Shown: piece after piece, positions 1 to 8,739 of the stretch
Layout: every line of letters begins with the position of its first letter
Numbering within the stretch: the stretch's first letter is position 1
Made by a program: the position numbers and the translations under genes
The notes under the pieces: generated by a model
Databases searched by the model: none
Told to the model about the DNA's origin: nothing
Seen by the model: only the letters and a program-made list of their open reading frames with translations
Source of the DNA: an uncultured Elusimicrobia bacterium
GTDB lineage: Bacteria > Elusimicrobiota > Elusimicrobia > UBA1565 > UBA9628
Direction of reading: 5' to 3'
NCBI GenBank assembly: GCA_903874575.1
Contig: CAIQSZ010000370.1
Location: 1-38,552, forward strand
Length of the DNA: 38,552 nucleotides

Positions 1-2
1 GA

Positions 3-30
3 AGGTATGAAGGTGTGGTCCTTCATACCT
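3..30. repeat. 11-bp perfect inverted repeat (stem 3-13 / 20-30, loop TGTGGT) at the extreme left edge
   Basis: AGGTATGAAGG (3-13) is the exact reverse complement of CCTTCATACCT (20-30). It lies in a ~75-nt AT-rich stretch that contrasts with the GC-rich rest of the window. Confidence 0.6.
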
Positions 31-76
31 CATTAATATTACAGGGTACCTGGTGATACAGTAATAAGTGTAGTTG

Positions 77-149
77 GGAACTGGCATACGCAAGCGACTT
101 AAAATCGCTCGGGAGAAATCCCATGTGGGTTCGACCCCCACCGTCGCCA
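77..149 (+). tRNA. tRNA-Leu(UAA)-like sequence, apparently lacking a pairing 5' acceptor strand (truncated tRNA or att-type remnant)
   Basis: D-loop-like GGAACTGGCATACGC. Anticodon arm AGCGA-CTTAAAA-TCGCT gives anticodon UAA. Long variable arm CGGGAGAAATCCCATG. T-arm GTGGG-TTCGACC-CCCAC. 3' acceptor strand CGTCGCC plus discriminator A, with no encoded CCA. The expected 5' strand GGCGACG is absent; sequence upstream of ~77 is AT-rich and does not pair. Confidence 0.45.
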
Positions 150-192
150 CGAGCTTTGATCGTTCGAATTTCGCGTTTGGTATGAGGTTCCC

Positions 193-837
193 GTGAAAAT
201 CGCTTCTCAAGCATGGCGTTTCGTCGTTCCCGCGTTCGTGGTCGGCGCCCTCGGGTTCTGGCCGGCGAAGGAGCCCGGCGCCGCCCTCTTCGGCGCGGTC
301 GTCTCTTTTCTCGCGTTCGGCTTCGCGTGCTTCTGCCTATACTTCTTTCGCGACCCGGAGCGCGAACTGCCGAAGGACGCGTCCAAGATATACTCTCCCG
401 GCGACGGCGTCGTGCTCTCCGCGGCCCGCGAAGGTTCCGACGACCGCGTCACGCTGCGCATCTTCCTTTCCGTGTTCAACGTCCACATCCAGCGCGCCCC
501 GTGCGCGGGAGCGGTGACGGAAGTCCAGGTTATTCAGGGCTCTTTCGCCGCGGCGATGAAGGCCGAGGCCCGGGGGAACGCCCGCGTCGTCATGACCGTC
601 GATCCCGGGGCGGGCCGCGAACCTTTGATCGTGGAGCAGATCGCGGGGCTGATCGCGCGCCGCATCGAGTGCTGGCCGAAGCCGGGCGAGAGGGTGCTCG
701 CCGGACAGCGCTACGGCATCATCTATTTCGGCTCCCAGGCCGCCGTGCGCTTCCCGGCCGGCTCGAAGTGCACCGCCAGGGTCGGCGACAAGGTGACGGC
801 GGGCGTCACGGAGATCGGCCAATGGACCGCCAAGTAA
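193..837 (+). CDS. psd: phosphatidylserine decarboxylase proenzyme (short form)
   Basis: GTG-start ORF with N-terminal TM helices. Motifs FFRDPER, SPGDG, NVHIQRAP and the FGSQ Gly-Ser self-cleavage site. Immediately followed by pssA. Confidence 0.85.
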   Translation: MKIASQAWRFVVPAFVVGALGFWPAKEPGAALFGAVVSFLAFGFACFCLYFFRDPERELPKDASKIYSPGDGVVLSAAREGSDDRVTLRIFLSVFNVHIQRAPCAGAVTEVQVIQGSFAAAMKAEARGNARVVMTVDPGAGREPLIVEQIAGLIARRIECWPKPGERVLAGQRYGIIYFGSQAAVRFPAGSKCTARVGDKVTAGVTEIGQWTAK

Positions 838-1634
838 TCAAGCGCGGCGGGCGCGTCCTGGCGCCGTCGCTGTTCACGCTGGGCAACATGGCGTGCGGTT
901 TCTACGCGTTGTTGTCGTCGGTGCGCGGGGAGTTCGTGTCGTCCGCCTACGCGATCATCGCGGGCATGGTGTTCGACGCGCTGGACGGCCGGGTGGCGCG
1001 TTTGGTGAACGGGGAGTCGTCGTTCGGCGTCGAGTTCGACTCGATGGCGGATTTCCTGAGCTTCGGCGTGGCTCCGGCGCACATGATGTATGCCTTTATT
1101 CTGAAGGACTACGGGGCGTGGGGCTATCCCATGGCGTTCCTGTACGCGCTGTGCGGAGGCCTGCGTCTGGCGCGCTTCAACGCGATGGCGCACGACGGCG
1201 CGGGCTCGAAATCGCACTTCACCGGACTGCCGATCCCCGGAGGCGCCGGTTTCCTGGCCAGCTTCGTCCTCCTGTACCAGATCATCGAGGAAGGCCGTCC
1301 CGCGCACACCTGGAAATTCCTGATGGACCAAATCCCGTCGTTGTACGGCGTGGCGCCGCTGATGACCATCGTCGTGGCCCTTCTGATGGTTTCGACCATC
1401 CCCTACCCGGCCTTCAAGCAGTCGGGCGTTCTTCGGCCGAAGTCGCTATTCTCGATCCTGCTCGTGCTCACGATCGGATTTCTGCTGGCGTACTGGCCGC
1501 TGATGATGATCTTCCTGGTCTTCACCGGATACGTCGCTTTGGGCCCGGTCTCTTGGGCGGTGCGGATGGCGGGCCGCGTGGTCGGCTGGACGCCGCGTCC
1601 CATCGAGGAAGAATCCCCGGGCGAGAATCCATGA
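822..1634 (+). CDS. pssA: CDP-diacylglycerol--serine O-phosphatidyltransferase
   Basis: CDP-alcohol phosphatidyltransferase signature FDALDGRVARLVNGESSFGVEFDSMADF, which fits D-x2-DG-x2-AR-x8-G-x3-D-x3-D. Polytopic. The ATG at 822 is in frame with the 213..1634 ORF, whose upstream part is Arg-rich read-through over psd. Confidence 0.85.
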   Translation: MDRQVIKRGGRVLAPSLFTLGNMACGFYALLSSVRGEFVSSAYAIIAGMVFDALDGRVARLVNGESSFGVEFDSMADFLSFGVAPAHMMYAFILKDYGAWGYPMAFLYALCGGLRLARFNAMAHDGAGSKSHFTGLPIPGGAGFLASFVLLYQIIEEGRPAHTWKFLMDQIPSLYGVAPLMTIVVALLMVSTIPYPAFKQSGVLRPKSLFSILLVLTIGFLLAYWPLMMIFLVFTGYVALGPVSWAVRMAGRVVGWTPRPIEEESPGENP

Positions 1635-2056
1635 GCGCCGTCCTTCCGATCCGCCGCCTGGATGCGGCCGCCGTCCTGCCCACCCGCGCCCACCACGACG
1701 ACGCGGGTCTGGATTTGTACGGCTTGGAGGACGCGGTCGTCCCCCCGGGCGAAGGTCGCGTCCTGCGCACCGGCGTGGCGGTGGCCGTCGCCGCCGGCCA
1801 TGTGGGCCTGGTCTGCGACCGTTCGTCGATGGCCAAGCGCGGCCTCAAGACCGCGGGCGGCGTCATCGACGCCGGCTATCGCGGAGAGGTCGGCGTCGTC
1901 GTCTGGAACCTTTCGCGCGAGCCGCAGTCCGTCAAGAAAGGCGAGCGCGTCGCGCAGATGCTCGTGGTCCCCATCGCCGTCCCCGCGCCGATCGAGTCCT
2001 CGGATTTGGGCGAGACGAAGCGCGGCGCGGGAGGTTTCGGAAGCACCGGTCGTTAA
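1631..2056 (+). CDS. dut: dUTP diphosphatase (trimeric dUTPase)
   Basis: Motifs AGLDLY, GVIDAGYRGEVGVV, GERVAQML and C-terminal RGAGGFGSTG. ATGA overlap with the pssA stop. Confidence 0.9.
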   Translation: MSAVLPIRRLDAAAVLPTRAHHDDAGLDLYGLEDAVVPPGEGRVLRTGVAVAVAAGHVGLVCDRSSMAKRGLKTAGGVIDAGYRGEVGVVVWNLSREPQSVKKGERVAQMLVVPIAVPAPIESSDLGETKRGAGGFGSTGR

Positions 2057-2060
2057 GATC

Positions 2061-2435
2061 ATGAAGTGCCCGAACTGTTCGCGGGAAGCGTCCCCGGACG
2101 CGGTCGAATGCGCGGCCTGCGGGCTCGTCTTCGATAAGTGGAAGAAGCGCAAAGAGTTCGAAGACGAACTCAGCCGCGAGGAGAAAGCCCGGGCGCTGGC
2201 CGCTTTGGAGTCGGGAGCGCCGCCGCCGGTCGATTCCCTGACCGGGCGCTGGATCGCGGCGGGCATCGCTGTGGTTTGGCTTGTCGGTTTCGCGGCCTAT
2301 TTCCATCGCCGCTATGCGCGCGCGTCCGGCGGCGCGCCGGCGGTGGAGTTCGTGGAGCGCCGCGATCCCGAGACCGGGGAGATACGCCGCCTGCCGATCC
2401 GCCGTCCCGCTTCCGGCGCGCCGGGCAAGCGCTGA
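2061..2435 (+). CDS. zinc-ribbon (CPNC...CAAC) protein with one TM helix, function unknown
   Basis: N-terminal MKCPNCSREASPDAVECAACG zinc ribbon, a charged linker and the hydrophobic segment WIAAGIAVVWLVGFAAYF. ATG at 2061 is 5 nt after the dut stop. Confidence 0.6.
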   Translation: MKCPNCSREASPDAVECAACGLVFDKWKKRKEFEDELSREEKARALAALESGAPPPVDSLTGRWIAAGIAVVWLVGFAAYFHRRYARASGGAPAVEFVERRDPETGEIRRLPIRRPASGAPGKR

Positions 2436-2453
2436 CGTCCAGGCCCGGCCGGC

Positions 2454-3968
2454 TCACTCCTTTCGGGGAAACAGCGGCGGGCTCTTGCGGATCTCTCCCG
2501 GATGCTGCTGGACGCCGTTGAGCACGTCCTCCGCGGTCAGCGGGTCTAGAACCAGGCGTACGCCCAATTGTGTCTGCATCTCGGCGGCCTTGCACGGCAT
2601 GAAGGGCTCGATCCAGCGCGCGACCAGGCGCAACGACCATATCAGGTCGAAGAGCACCTTCTCGCATTCCGTCATGTCCGTTTTGGCCAACTTCCACGGC
2701 GCCTTCTCGTTGACCCTTCCGTTGAGGCCTCGGACCACTTCCCATATGACGTCGAGCGCGCCGCTGAAGTCCAACGCGTCCATTTTCGCGTCGATCTCGC
2801 CGGCGCGTTTGGCGACGGAGGCGGCGTGGTCGTCGTCCTTGAACTCCGGCTTGCTCGGCAGGCGCCCGCCCAAGAAGTTGTCGGTCATGTCCACGACGCG
2901 CTTGACCAGGTTGCCCAGGTCGTTGGCCAGCTCGGCGTTGTAGCGCTTCTTGAGCGCGGCCTTCGAGAAGTCCCCGTCGTTGCCGAACGGCATCTCGCGC
3001 ATCAGGAAGTAGCGGAAGGCGTCGACGCCGTATTCCCGGGTGATCTCGTACGGGTCGAGAAAGTTTCCCGCCGACTTGGACATTTTCTTGCCTTCGACCG
3101 TCCACCAGCCGTGCGCGAAGATCTTCTTGGGCAGGGGCAGTCCGGCGGCCATCAGCATGGCGGGCCAGATGACCGCGTGAAAGCGGTAGATTTCCTTGCC
3201 GACGATATGGACGTCGGCCGGCCAGAGGTCGGAGGTGCCGGCGGTCGCCGACCAGTAGTTGATCAAGGCGTCGAACCAGACGTAGATGGTGTGGGACTCG
3301 TCGCCGGGGACCGGGATGCCCCACTTCACCTTCTGGCGCGAGACCGACAAGTCCTGCAGACCGCCCTCGACGAAGCGCAGTATCTCGGACGCGCGGTGCG
3401 CGGGCGCCAGGAAGCCGGGGTTCGCCGCGTAATGGTCGAGCAGCGGCCCCTGGTACTTCGAGAGCTTGAAGAACCAGCTCTCCTCCTCGACCTGTTGGAG
3501 CGGCTTGCGGCACTCGGCGTTCGGGCAGAGGCGGCGGCCCTTGTCGTCGGGCGCCGCTTCCGTTTCGGTGAAGAAGGTCTCGTCGGAGACGCAATACCAG
3601 CCGCGGTAGCGGCCCTTGTAGACGTCCCCGCTCTTGATGAGGAGCGCGAACAATTCCTGGACCTTGTCTTCGTGACGCTTTTCGGTGGTCCGGATATAGT
3701 CGTCGAAGCGGATATCGAGATGCTTCCAAAGATCGCGGAATTTCGCCGAGGTGAGGTCGCAGAAGTCGATGGTGTGCCTGCCGACGGCCTTCGCCGCCTC
3801 CTCGATCTTGAGGCCGTGCTCGTCGGTGCCGGTGAGCAGGTGCGCGGGCACCGCGCGGGCGCGCTTGTGGCGCGCCAGGACGTCGGCGGCGATGGTCGTG
3901 TACGCGTGGCCCACGTGCGGGGCCGCGTTCACGTAATAGATTGGAGTGGTCACGTAATATTTTTTCAT
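2454..3968 (-). CDS. metG: methionine--tRNA ligase
   Basis: Begins [23 protein letters not shown] (HIGH-type motif). KMSKS is present, with a zinc knuckle CPNAECRK. The ATG at 3968 is in frame with the 2454..4709 ORF, whose upstream part is Arg/Pro-rich junk overlapping holB. Confidence 0.9.
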   Translation of the reverse strand: MKKYYVTTPIYYVNAAPHVGHAYTTIAADVLARHKRARAVPAHLLTGTDEHGLKIEEAAKAVGRHTIDFCDLTSAKFRDLWKHLDIRFDDYIRTTEKRHEDKVQELFALLIKSGDVYKGRYRGWYCVSDETFFTETEAAPDDKGRRLCPNAECRKPLQQVEEESWFFKLSKYQGPLLDHYAANPGFLAPAHRASEILRFVEGGLQDLSVSRQKVKWGIPVPGDESHTIYVWFDALINYWSATAGTSDLWPADVHIVGKEIYRFHAVIWPAMLMAAGLPLPKKIFAHGWWTVEGKKMSKSAGNFLDPYEITREYGVDAFRYFLMREMPFGNDGDFSKAALKKRYNAELANDLGNLVKRVVDMTDNFLGGRLPSKPEFKDDDHAASVAKRAGEIDAKMDALDFSGALDVIWEVVRGLNGRVNEKAPWKLAKTDMTECEKVLFDLIWSLRLVARWIEPFMPCKAAEMQTQLGVRLVLDPLTAEDVLNGVQQHPGEIRKSPPLFPRKE

Positions 3969-4894
3969 GGAACGGCCTCGGCTTCCAGCATGGCGAGAGT
4001 CAGGATGAGCTTGGGATCGGCGTTGGCGCGCAAGGCGGCGCGCAGACGGGCCAGTTCGCGCAACGGGCCCTCGACGACGGAGAACGGACGCTCTCCGTCG
4101 AGGTGTTCGAGCCGCAGTTCCTGGCCGAAGGCGAACAGCGCGCGCTCCACTTGGATGCGCGCGGCGGCCAGGTCCTTGGGCAGGGAGTCGGCGGCGGTGA
4201 CGGCGGAGAGCGGTCCGTCTCCGCGCGGACTTTCGGCCGGAGCCAGTTCCAGGGCGCGCCCGGCGGAGCCGTCGGAAAGCGCGGCCAGAGTCCTGGCGCG
4301 CGCCGGCGGGATCGCGCGGCCGGCCAGTATCTTCTCGAGCACCGCGCCCGGCAACGGTCCGAACGGGACCGTGAAGCAGCGCGAGACGATGGTCTTGGGC
4401 AGGCGCTCGCGCTGGGTCGCGGCCAAGATCCAGAGCGTGCGCGGCAAGGGCTCTTCCAGAAACTTGAGCATCGCGTTGCCCGAGGCCTCGTTGAGGCGCT
4501 GGGCGTCGGGGACGACGGCGACCTTCCAGCCGTCCCGCATCGACTTGAGGCCCAGGTCCTTGAGGAGGCGGCGCACGGTGTCCACCTTCCATGTCTTCTG
4601 CTTTTGAGGCTCTTCGTTCTCCAGCCCAGCCTGATAGGTTTCGTCCAGGACGGGCACATCGGGGTGCGCGCGGCCTTCGACGGCGGCGCAATCCGGACAG
4701 GTTCCGCAAGAGGCCTCTCCGGTGAACGGGCGCTCGCGGCAGACCAGGGCCTTGGCGAACTCCAGGGCGGCCAGGCGCTTGCCGACCCCGTCGGGACCGA
4801 CGAACAGCATCGCCGAAGGCAGGCGGCCGGTGACAAGCAGGCCTTCCAGGGTCTTGCGCGCGCGCGCTTGCCCGAGGACCTTTTCCAGGTTCAC
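3965..4894 (-). CDS. holB: DNA polymerase III delta-prime subunit (clamp-loader AAA+)
   Basis: Walker A-like GPDGVGK, zinc module CGTCPDC, FLEEP and SRC motifs, about 309 aa. 4-nt overlaps with tmk upstream and metG downstream. Confidence 0.8.
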   Translation of the reverse strand: MNLEKVLGQARARKTLEGLLVTGRLPSAMLFVGPDGVGKRLAALEFAKALVCRERPFTGEASCGTCPDCAAVEGRAHPDVPVLDETYQAGLENEEPQKQKTWKVDTVRRLLKDLGLKSMRDGWKVAVVPDAQRLNEASGNAMLKFLEEPLPRTLWILAATQRERLPKTIVSRCFTVPFGPLPGAVLEKILAGRAIPPARARTLAALSDGSAGRALELAPAESPRGDGPLSAVTAADSLPKDLAAARIQVERALFAFGQELRLEHLDGERPFSVVEGPLRELARLRAALRANADPKLILTLAMLEAEAVP

Positions 4895-5511
4895 TTCGAC
4901 AGCCTCTTCACCCGCGCGACGATTTCCTCATGGAGCTCATCGGCGGCGCGCGTTCCGTCCACTAACAGGGTGCGCGGGGCCTTCTTGGCGAGCGCCCGGT
5001 AGCCCGCGCGCACGGCGCGGTGGAAGGGGGCGTCCTCGCGCTCGATGCGGTCCAAGACGCGGCCCCGGTCGCGCGCATGGAACTCGCGGTCCGGAATGTC
5101 GAAGACGACGGTCAGGTCCGGGGCCAGGCTCCCCGTCGCGACCTTGTTGAGCGTCGTCGTGGTCTTCAGGCCCAGGCCTCGCGCCAGGCCCTGGTAGACG
5201 TCGGTGGAGAGAGTATAGCGCTCGCAGACGACGACGCGGCCCTCGGCCAGCGCGGGGCGCAGGACCTGTTCCGTGTGCTGGGCGCGCGAGGCCTCATAGA
5301 GGAAAAGCTCGGCGGTCGGCGAGACGCGCAGGCTCGGGTCGAGGAGAATTTTGCGGATGGCCTCCGCCACGCCGGTGCCGCCGGGTTCGCGGGTGTGCAG
5401 GCACTTGATCCCGCGCGACAGCAGGGCGCCGATCAGACGTCGGGCCTGGGTGGACTTGCCGGATTTATCGGGGCCTTCCAGAACGACGAACAGGCCTTTT
5501 CGGCGGGTCAT
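4891..5511 (-). CDS. tmk: thymidylate kinase
   Basis: P-loop [18 protein letters not shown] motif and DRY-like CERY. First gene of the tmk-holB-metG operon. Confidence 0.9.
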   Translation of the reverse strand: MTRRKGLFVVLEGPDKSGKSTQARRLIGALLSRGIKCLHTREPGGTGVAEAIRKILLDPSLRVSPTAELFLYEASRAQHTEQVLRPALAEGRVVVCERYTLSTDVYQGLARGLGLKTTTTLNKVATGSLAPDLTVVFDIPDREFHARDRGRVLDRIEREDAPFHRAVRAGYRALAKKAPRTLLVDGTRAADELHEEIVARVKRLSK

Positions 5512-5597
5512 GGCGGGATTCTATCAAAATCACTACGGCGCGCCCTTCGAACCGGAGCCTCCGCGCCGGGAACGCCGTTCGTTTCTTCCATTTTTCC

Positions 5598-5626
5598 TTG
5601 ATTTGGGGGGGTAAACAGCCTATACT
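5598..5626 (+). promoter_or_regulatory. putative sigma70-type promoter TTGATT-17 nt-TATACT ahead of the pilin-like operon
   Basis: TTGATT (5598-5603), a 17-nt spacer and TATACT (5621-5626). The -10 element ends 12 nt before the ATG at 5639, which implies a very short or absent leader. No Shine-Dalgarno sequence seen. Confidence 0.4.
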
Positions 5627-5638
5627 TCGTCGCAACAG

Positions 5639-8248
5639 ATGACTATGATCGCGGGGCCTTCGCGCCGATTCGCTTCAAGGCGTCGATCGGGAGCGACTCT
5701 CACCGAGCTCATGATCGCCACGGCGGTCATGACCATCGCGGTGGTCGGCTTTACCGGGGCCTTCCTCAACATCCAGAAAGCGGTCCAGTTCGCCAAGAAC
5801 AAGACCCTCGCCTCGAACCTGGCTCAGGAGCAGATTCAGGTCCTGACCCAGAAGGTCTATTACGAGGTGCTCGTGAGTCCGGCGACGAACGTCCGCAGCG
5901 ACGTCAATCCTCCGATCCTCTACGACACGGCCTATTTCCCCCCGGAGACCGTCCTCGAAGGCGCAGTCCGTTATACCCGCTACACCTACGTCCAGGTCGT
6001 CACCGAGAGCGCCGGCAACATTATGGTCCTGCCGCCGTCCACGCCGGATACCGGCATGCGGCTGATCACCGTCAGCGTCGTTTGGAACTCCGGCTCCGAG
6101 GTCAAGCAGGTGGTCGTCAACACGGTCATGACCAACCCGAGTTCCGTGATGACCGCCTCGCGCCTCAACGGGACCGTCACGGATCAGGCCAGCGGTAATC
6201 CCGTCCCCGGAGCGGTCATCGACTTGGCCGAGAACATGGGCTGGCGCGCGGTGACGGGCGCCTCCGGCGGTTACAGCATCAACATGGCGCCCGGCAATTT
6301 CACGCTGGTCGCCTCGGGGCCGGGCTACTTCAAGCAGTTCATCCCGATCTCGATCGCGGCGAACGCGGTTCAGACGCAAAACGTCGCTCTTCAGCAAATA
6401 AGCTCGGGCACGGTCCGGGGCACCGCGTGGATCAACGATCGCCTGCTCATCAGCCAGATCGTGGCCTCGACGGTCCAGGCGGACATGTCGGGTTTCGTCG
6501 CCCAGTACATCGAACTCTACAACCCGACGCCGAACGCGATTTCGATCGACGGCGCCGGTCCTCCCGACGTCCGGATCAATTACTCGAATTCCCCCGGCGA
6601 CCACGACGGCCGAACATGCGCCCACGCGACGTGGGGCATCAAGCTCGCGTACAACAACACGTCGGTGGCTTCCCATGCCTACTACATCGTCGCCAACACC
6701 GGGACTTTCACGGTCAACGGAATCGTCACCCAAGCCGACGCGGTCTATGCCGACAACGCCGACGCGTTTTGTTCGGTCGCCCCGTCGAATTGGGACGCGA
6801 GCTCCACCCCCAAGGTGAAACAGATCGTCGACGTCGGCCACGGCGGGGCCGTGTGGCTGTCGGACTCCGCGGGCGACGTCATCGACTCCGTCGGCTTCGT
6901 CCATAACGGCCATACCCACGCGCAGTGCGCGCCGAACTGCATCCAGCTGCCCAGCGGCTTCGACGACGGCATCCAGATCGTGCGCGCCTCGTCGCCGAGC
7001 TACGTCGGCAACTCCGACGGCCGCGCGTACGATACGAACATGAGTTCCATCGATTTTATCTACACCTCGGCTGGCGCGGGATTGCCCTACCGGCCGTTCG
7101 GCTCCGCCACGGCGCAGCTTCCCGTCGCCGGACGTCCCGCCGTGGGCGCCATCGTCACCGCGACCGACGGTCTTTCCAACCCGGCGACCGCCTATTCGGT
7201 GGGCTCTCCTCCCCGCGCGGACTTCGTCCTCGTCGGCGTCGCCACCGCGGCGCCCGCCTATCCTTGGACGGTCGTGGTCAGCAGCGGCGGCGTCATGTTC
7301 GAGAGCGATACGGTCGTGATTCCGAGCCAGGGGTACGTCTATAGCTTCCCGAGCAGCACGACCTTCATCGACCAGGCCGCGACTCTCGGCGTGGTCAGCG
7401 GGAGGGTCACCGACGTGCTCGGTTTGCCCATCGCGTCGCCGGTGGCGATCCCGGTGACGGGAGGCGGCGCGAGCGCGAACGCCAGCGTCGTCAACGGGCG
7501 CTACATGCTCCGCGTCCCGGGCGGGTCGATCGACGTGACGGCCAACTCGGGGGGCGCGAACCAAAACTACGTGTCGATCTCGTCTTTGGCCGTCACGGTC
7601 AACGCCGGGCAGGTCAGCGACGGCGTCGACTTCGTCCTTCCTCAAGGGGGGCAAATCACCGGCTTCGTCACGCGCGACGGGATCAATCCCCTGCCCGGGG
7701 TCACCGTCTCCGCGCTCGACGCCAATAACTACGCGCGCGACACCCAGGTCTCCGACGCGGCGGGCCGCTTCACCACCATCATCATCTCGACCGGTCTCTA
7801 CAGGATCGCGCCGCAGTTGGATTCGCTCGAGACGTCCACTCCGACTTGGGCGTCCCTGACGCTTGCGGTGGGCCAGACCGCGTTCTCCTCGACGTTCACC
7901 GTGACCGGGGCGCTCGGCTCCGTGTCGGGCCGCGTGAGCCAGGGGGGCCAGCCGATCTCGACCGGAGTGCTCATCGTCCTCACCACCTCGACTTTAGCCG
8001 GGACTCCCCCCGCCCTACCGGCCCTCAGTTCGGCGTCTCTCACCGGAGCATCCTATTACACGGCCTCCAGCCGCGAGGACGGAACCTACTCGATCGACGT
8101 CCGGCAGAGCACCTCGCCTGCGTACCGTTTGTACGGCTACTACTCGACGGTGTCCAGCACCGGGGGCGTCGTCATCCAGGCCCAGACGTTGACCGGCGTG
8201 CAGGTCCTGGCGGGGCAGTCCGTCACGGGACAGGACCTCGCATGGTGA
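5639..8248 (+). CDS. large pilin-like (prepilin N-terminal methylation motif) surface protein with lamin-tail-like and repeated CarboxypepD_reg-like beta-sandwich domains
   Basis: The N-terminus RRSGATLTELMIATAVMTIAVVGF resembles the G/FTLIE class III signal. YIELYNPTPNAISIDG is an LTD-like motif. Several G(T/R)VTD...G..V..... repeats, for example GTVTDQASGNPVPGAVIDL and GRVTDVLGLPIA. Thr/Ser/Val-rich extracellular composition. Confidence 0.7.
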   Translation: MTMIAGPSRRFASRRRSGATLTELMIATAVMTIAVVGFTGAFLNIQKAVQFAKNKTLASNLAQEQIQVLTQKVYYEVLVSPATNVRSDVNPPILYDTAYFPPETVLEGAVRYTRYTYVQVVTESAGNIMVLPPSTPDTGMRLITVSVVWNSGSEVKQVVVNTVMTNPSSVMTASRLNGTVTDQASGNPVPGAVIDLAENMGWRAVTGASGGYSINMAPGNFTLVASGPGYFKQFIPISIAANAVQTQNVALQQISSGTVRGTAWINDRLLISQIVASTVQADMSGFVAQYIELYNPTPNAISIDGAGPPDVRINYSNSPGDHDGRTCAHATWGIKLAYNNTSVASHAYYIVANTGTFTVNGIVTQADAVYADNADAFCSVAPSNWDASSTPKVKQIVDVGHGGAVWLSDSAGDVIDSVGFVHNGHTHAQCAPNCIQLPSGFDDGIQIVRASSPSYVGNSDGRAYDTNMSSIDFIYTSAGAGLPYRPFGSATAQLPVAGRPAVGAIVTATDGLSNPATAYSVGSPPRADFVLVGVATAAPAYPWTVVVSSGGVMFESDTVVIPSQGYVYSFPSSTTFIDQAATLGVVSGRVTDVLGLPIASPVAIPVTGGGASANASVVNGRYMLRVPGGSIDVTANSGGANQNYVSISSLAVTVNAGQVSDGVDFVLPQGGQITGFVTRDGINPLPGVTVSALDANNYARDTQVSDAAGRFTTIIISTGLYRIAPQLDSLETSTPTWASLTLAVGQTAFSSTFTVTGALGSVSGRVSQGGQPISTGVLIVLTTSTLAGTPPALPALSSASLTGASYYTASSREDGTYSIDVRQSTSPAYRLYGYYSTVSSTGGVVIQAQTLTGVQVLAGQSVTGQDLAW

Positions 8249-8739
8249 GAAATCCGCGCCGCGGCTACTCATTGATCGAGGTCATGGTGGTCGTGGCCAT
8301 ACTGGGCATCATGTCGGGCGTCGGCGCGAATCTGATGCTCCAGATCAACCGTTTTTTCATCCTGACGCGCTCGCGCATCGACCTACAAAGGGAAGCGCGC
8401 GCGGCGATATACGTCATCACGCGCGAACTGCGCCAAGCTCAATCGAACACGATCGTCATCGACCGTTTCGCCGCGAACCAGCCGTTCTTCTCGCGCATCT
8501 CGTTCCAGCAGATACAGGGGCAATCGGTCGTCTTCTACCAGAGCGGTAATCAATTAATCCAGAGCGTGAACGGCCGCAGGTCCACGTTCAGCAAGAACGT
8601 CCGCTATCTGGCGTTCTCGTTCCCGCGTTCGGACGACATGACGATCGTGTCCGTGGCGATGACCCTTCAGCAGACCGTCTATCAGGGCCGGCTGAAGGCC
8701 CTCCATATGGCGTCGGAAAAAGTCCAGGTGATGAACTGA
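8242..8739 (+). CDS. type IV pilin / pseudopilin-like protein
   Basis: MVRNPRRGYSLIEVMVVVAILGIMSG is a canonical prepilin cleavage/methylation motif (G|YSLIE). About 165 aa. Overlaps the upstream stop by 7 nt. Confidence 0.8.
   Translation: MVRNPRRGYSLIEVMVVVAILGIMSGVGANLMLQINRFFILTRSRIDLQREARAAIYVITRELRQAQSNTIVIDRFAANQPFFSRISFQQIQGQSVVFYQSGNQLIQSVNGRRSTFSKNVRYLAFSFPRSDDMTIVSVAMTLQQTVYQGRLKALHMASEKVQVMN

Noticed and set aside
77-152. tmRNA 3' end or tRNA-Sec as an explanation for the odd tRNA-like element
   Set aside because: The acceptor 3' strand CGTCGCC would give C3:G70 rather than the G3:U70 alanine identity of tmRNA. The anticodon loop reads UAA, not UCA, and the long variable arm fits type II tRNA-Leu.
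213-1634. 473-aa ORF as a single protein; likewise the long forms 893..2056, 1662..2435, 2454..4709, 7846..8739, 18891..20198, 19280..21106, 20883..22289, 24625..26652, 28636..29760, 29582..31156, 32207..32536, 32338..33558 and 33351..33716
   Set aside because: In each case the N-terminal extension is Arg/Pro/Gly-rich out-of-frame read-through of the upstream gene. A conserved-looking N-terminus starts at an internal ATG that abuts or overlaps the upstream stop. I used the internal starts.
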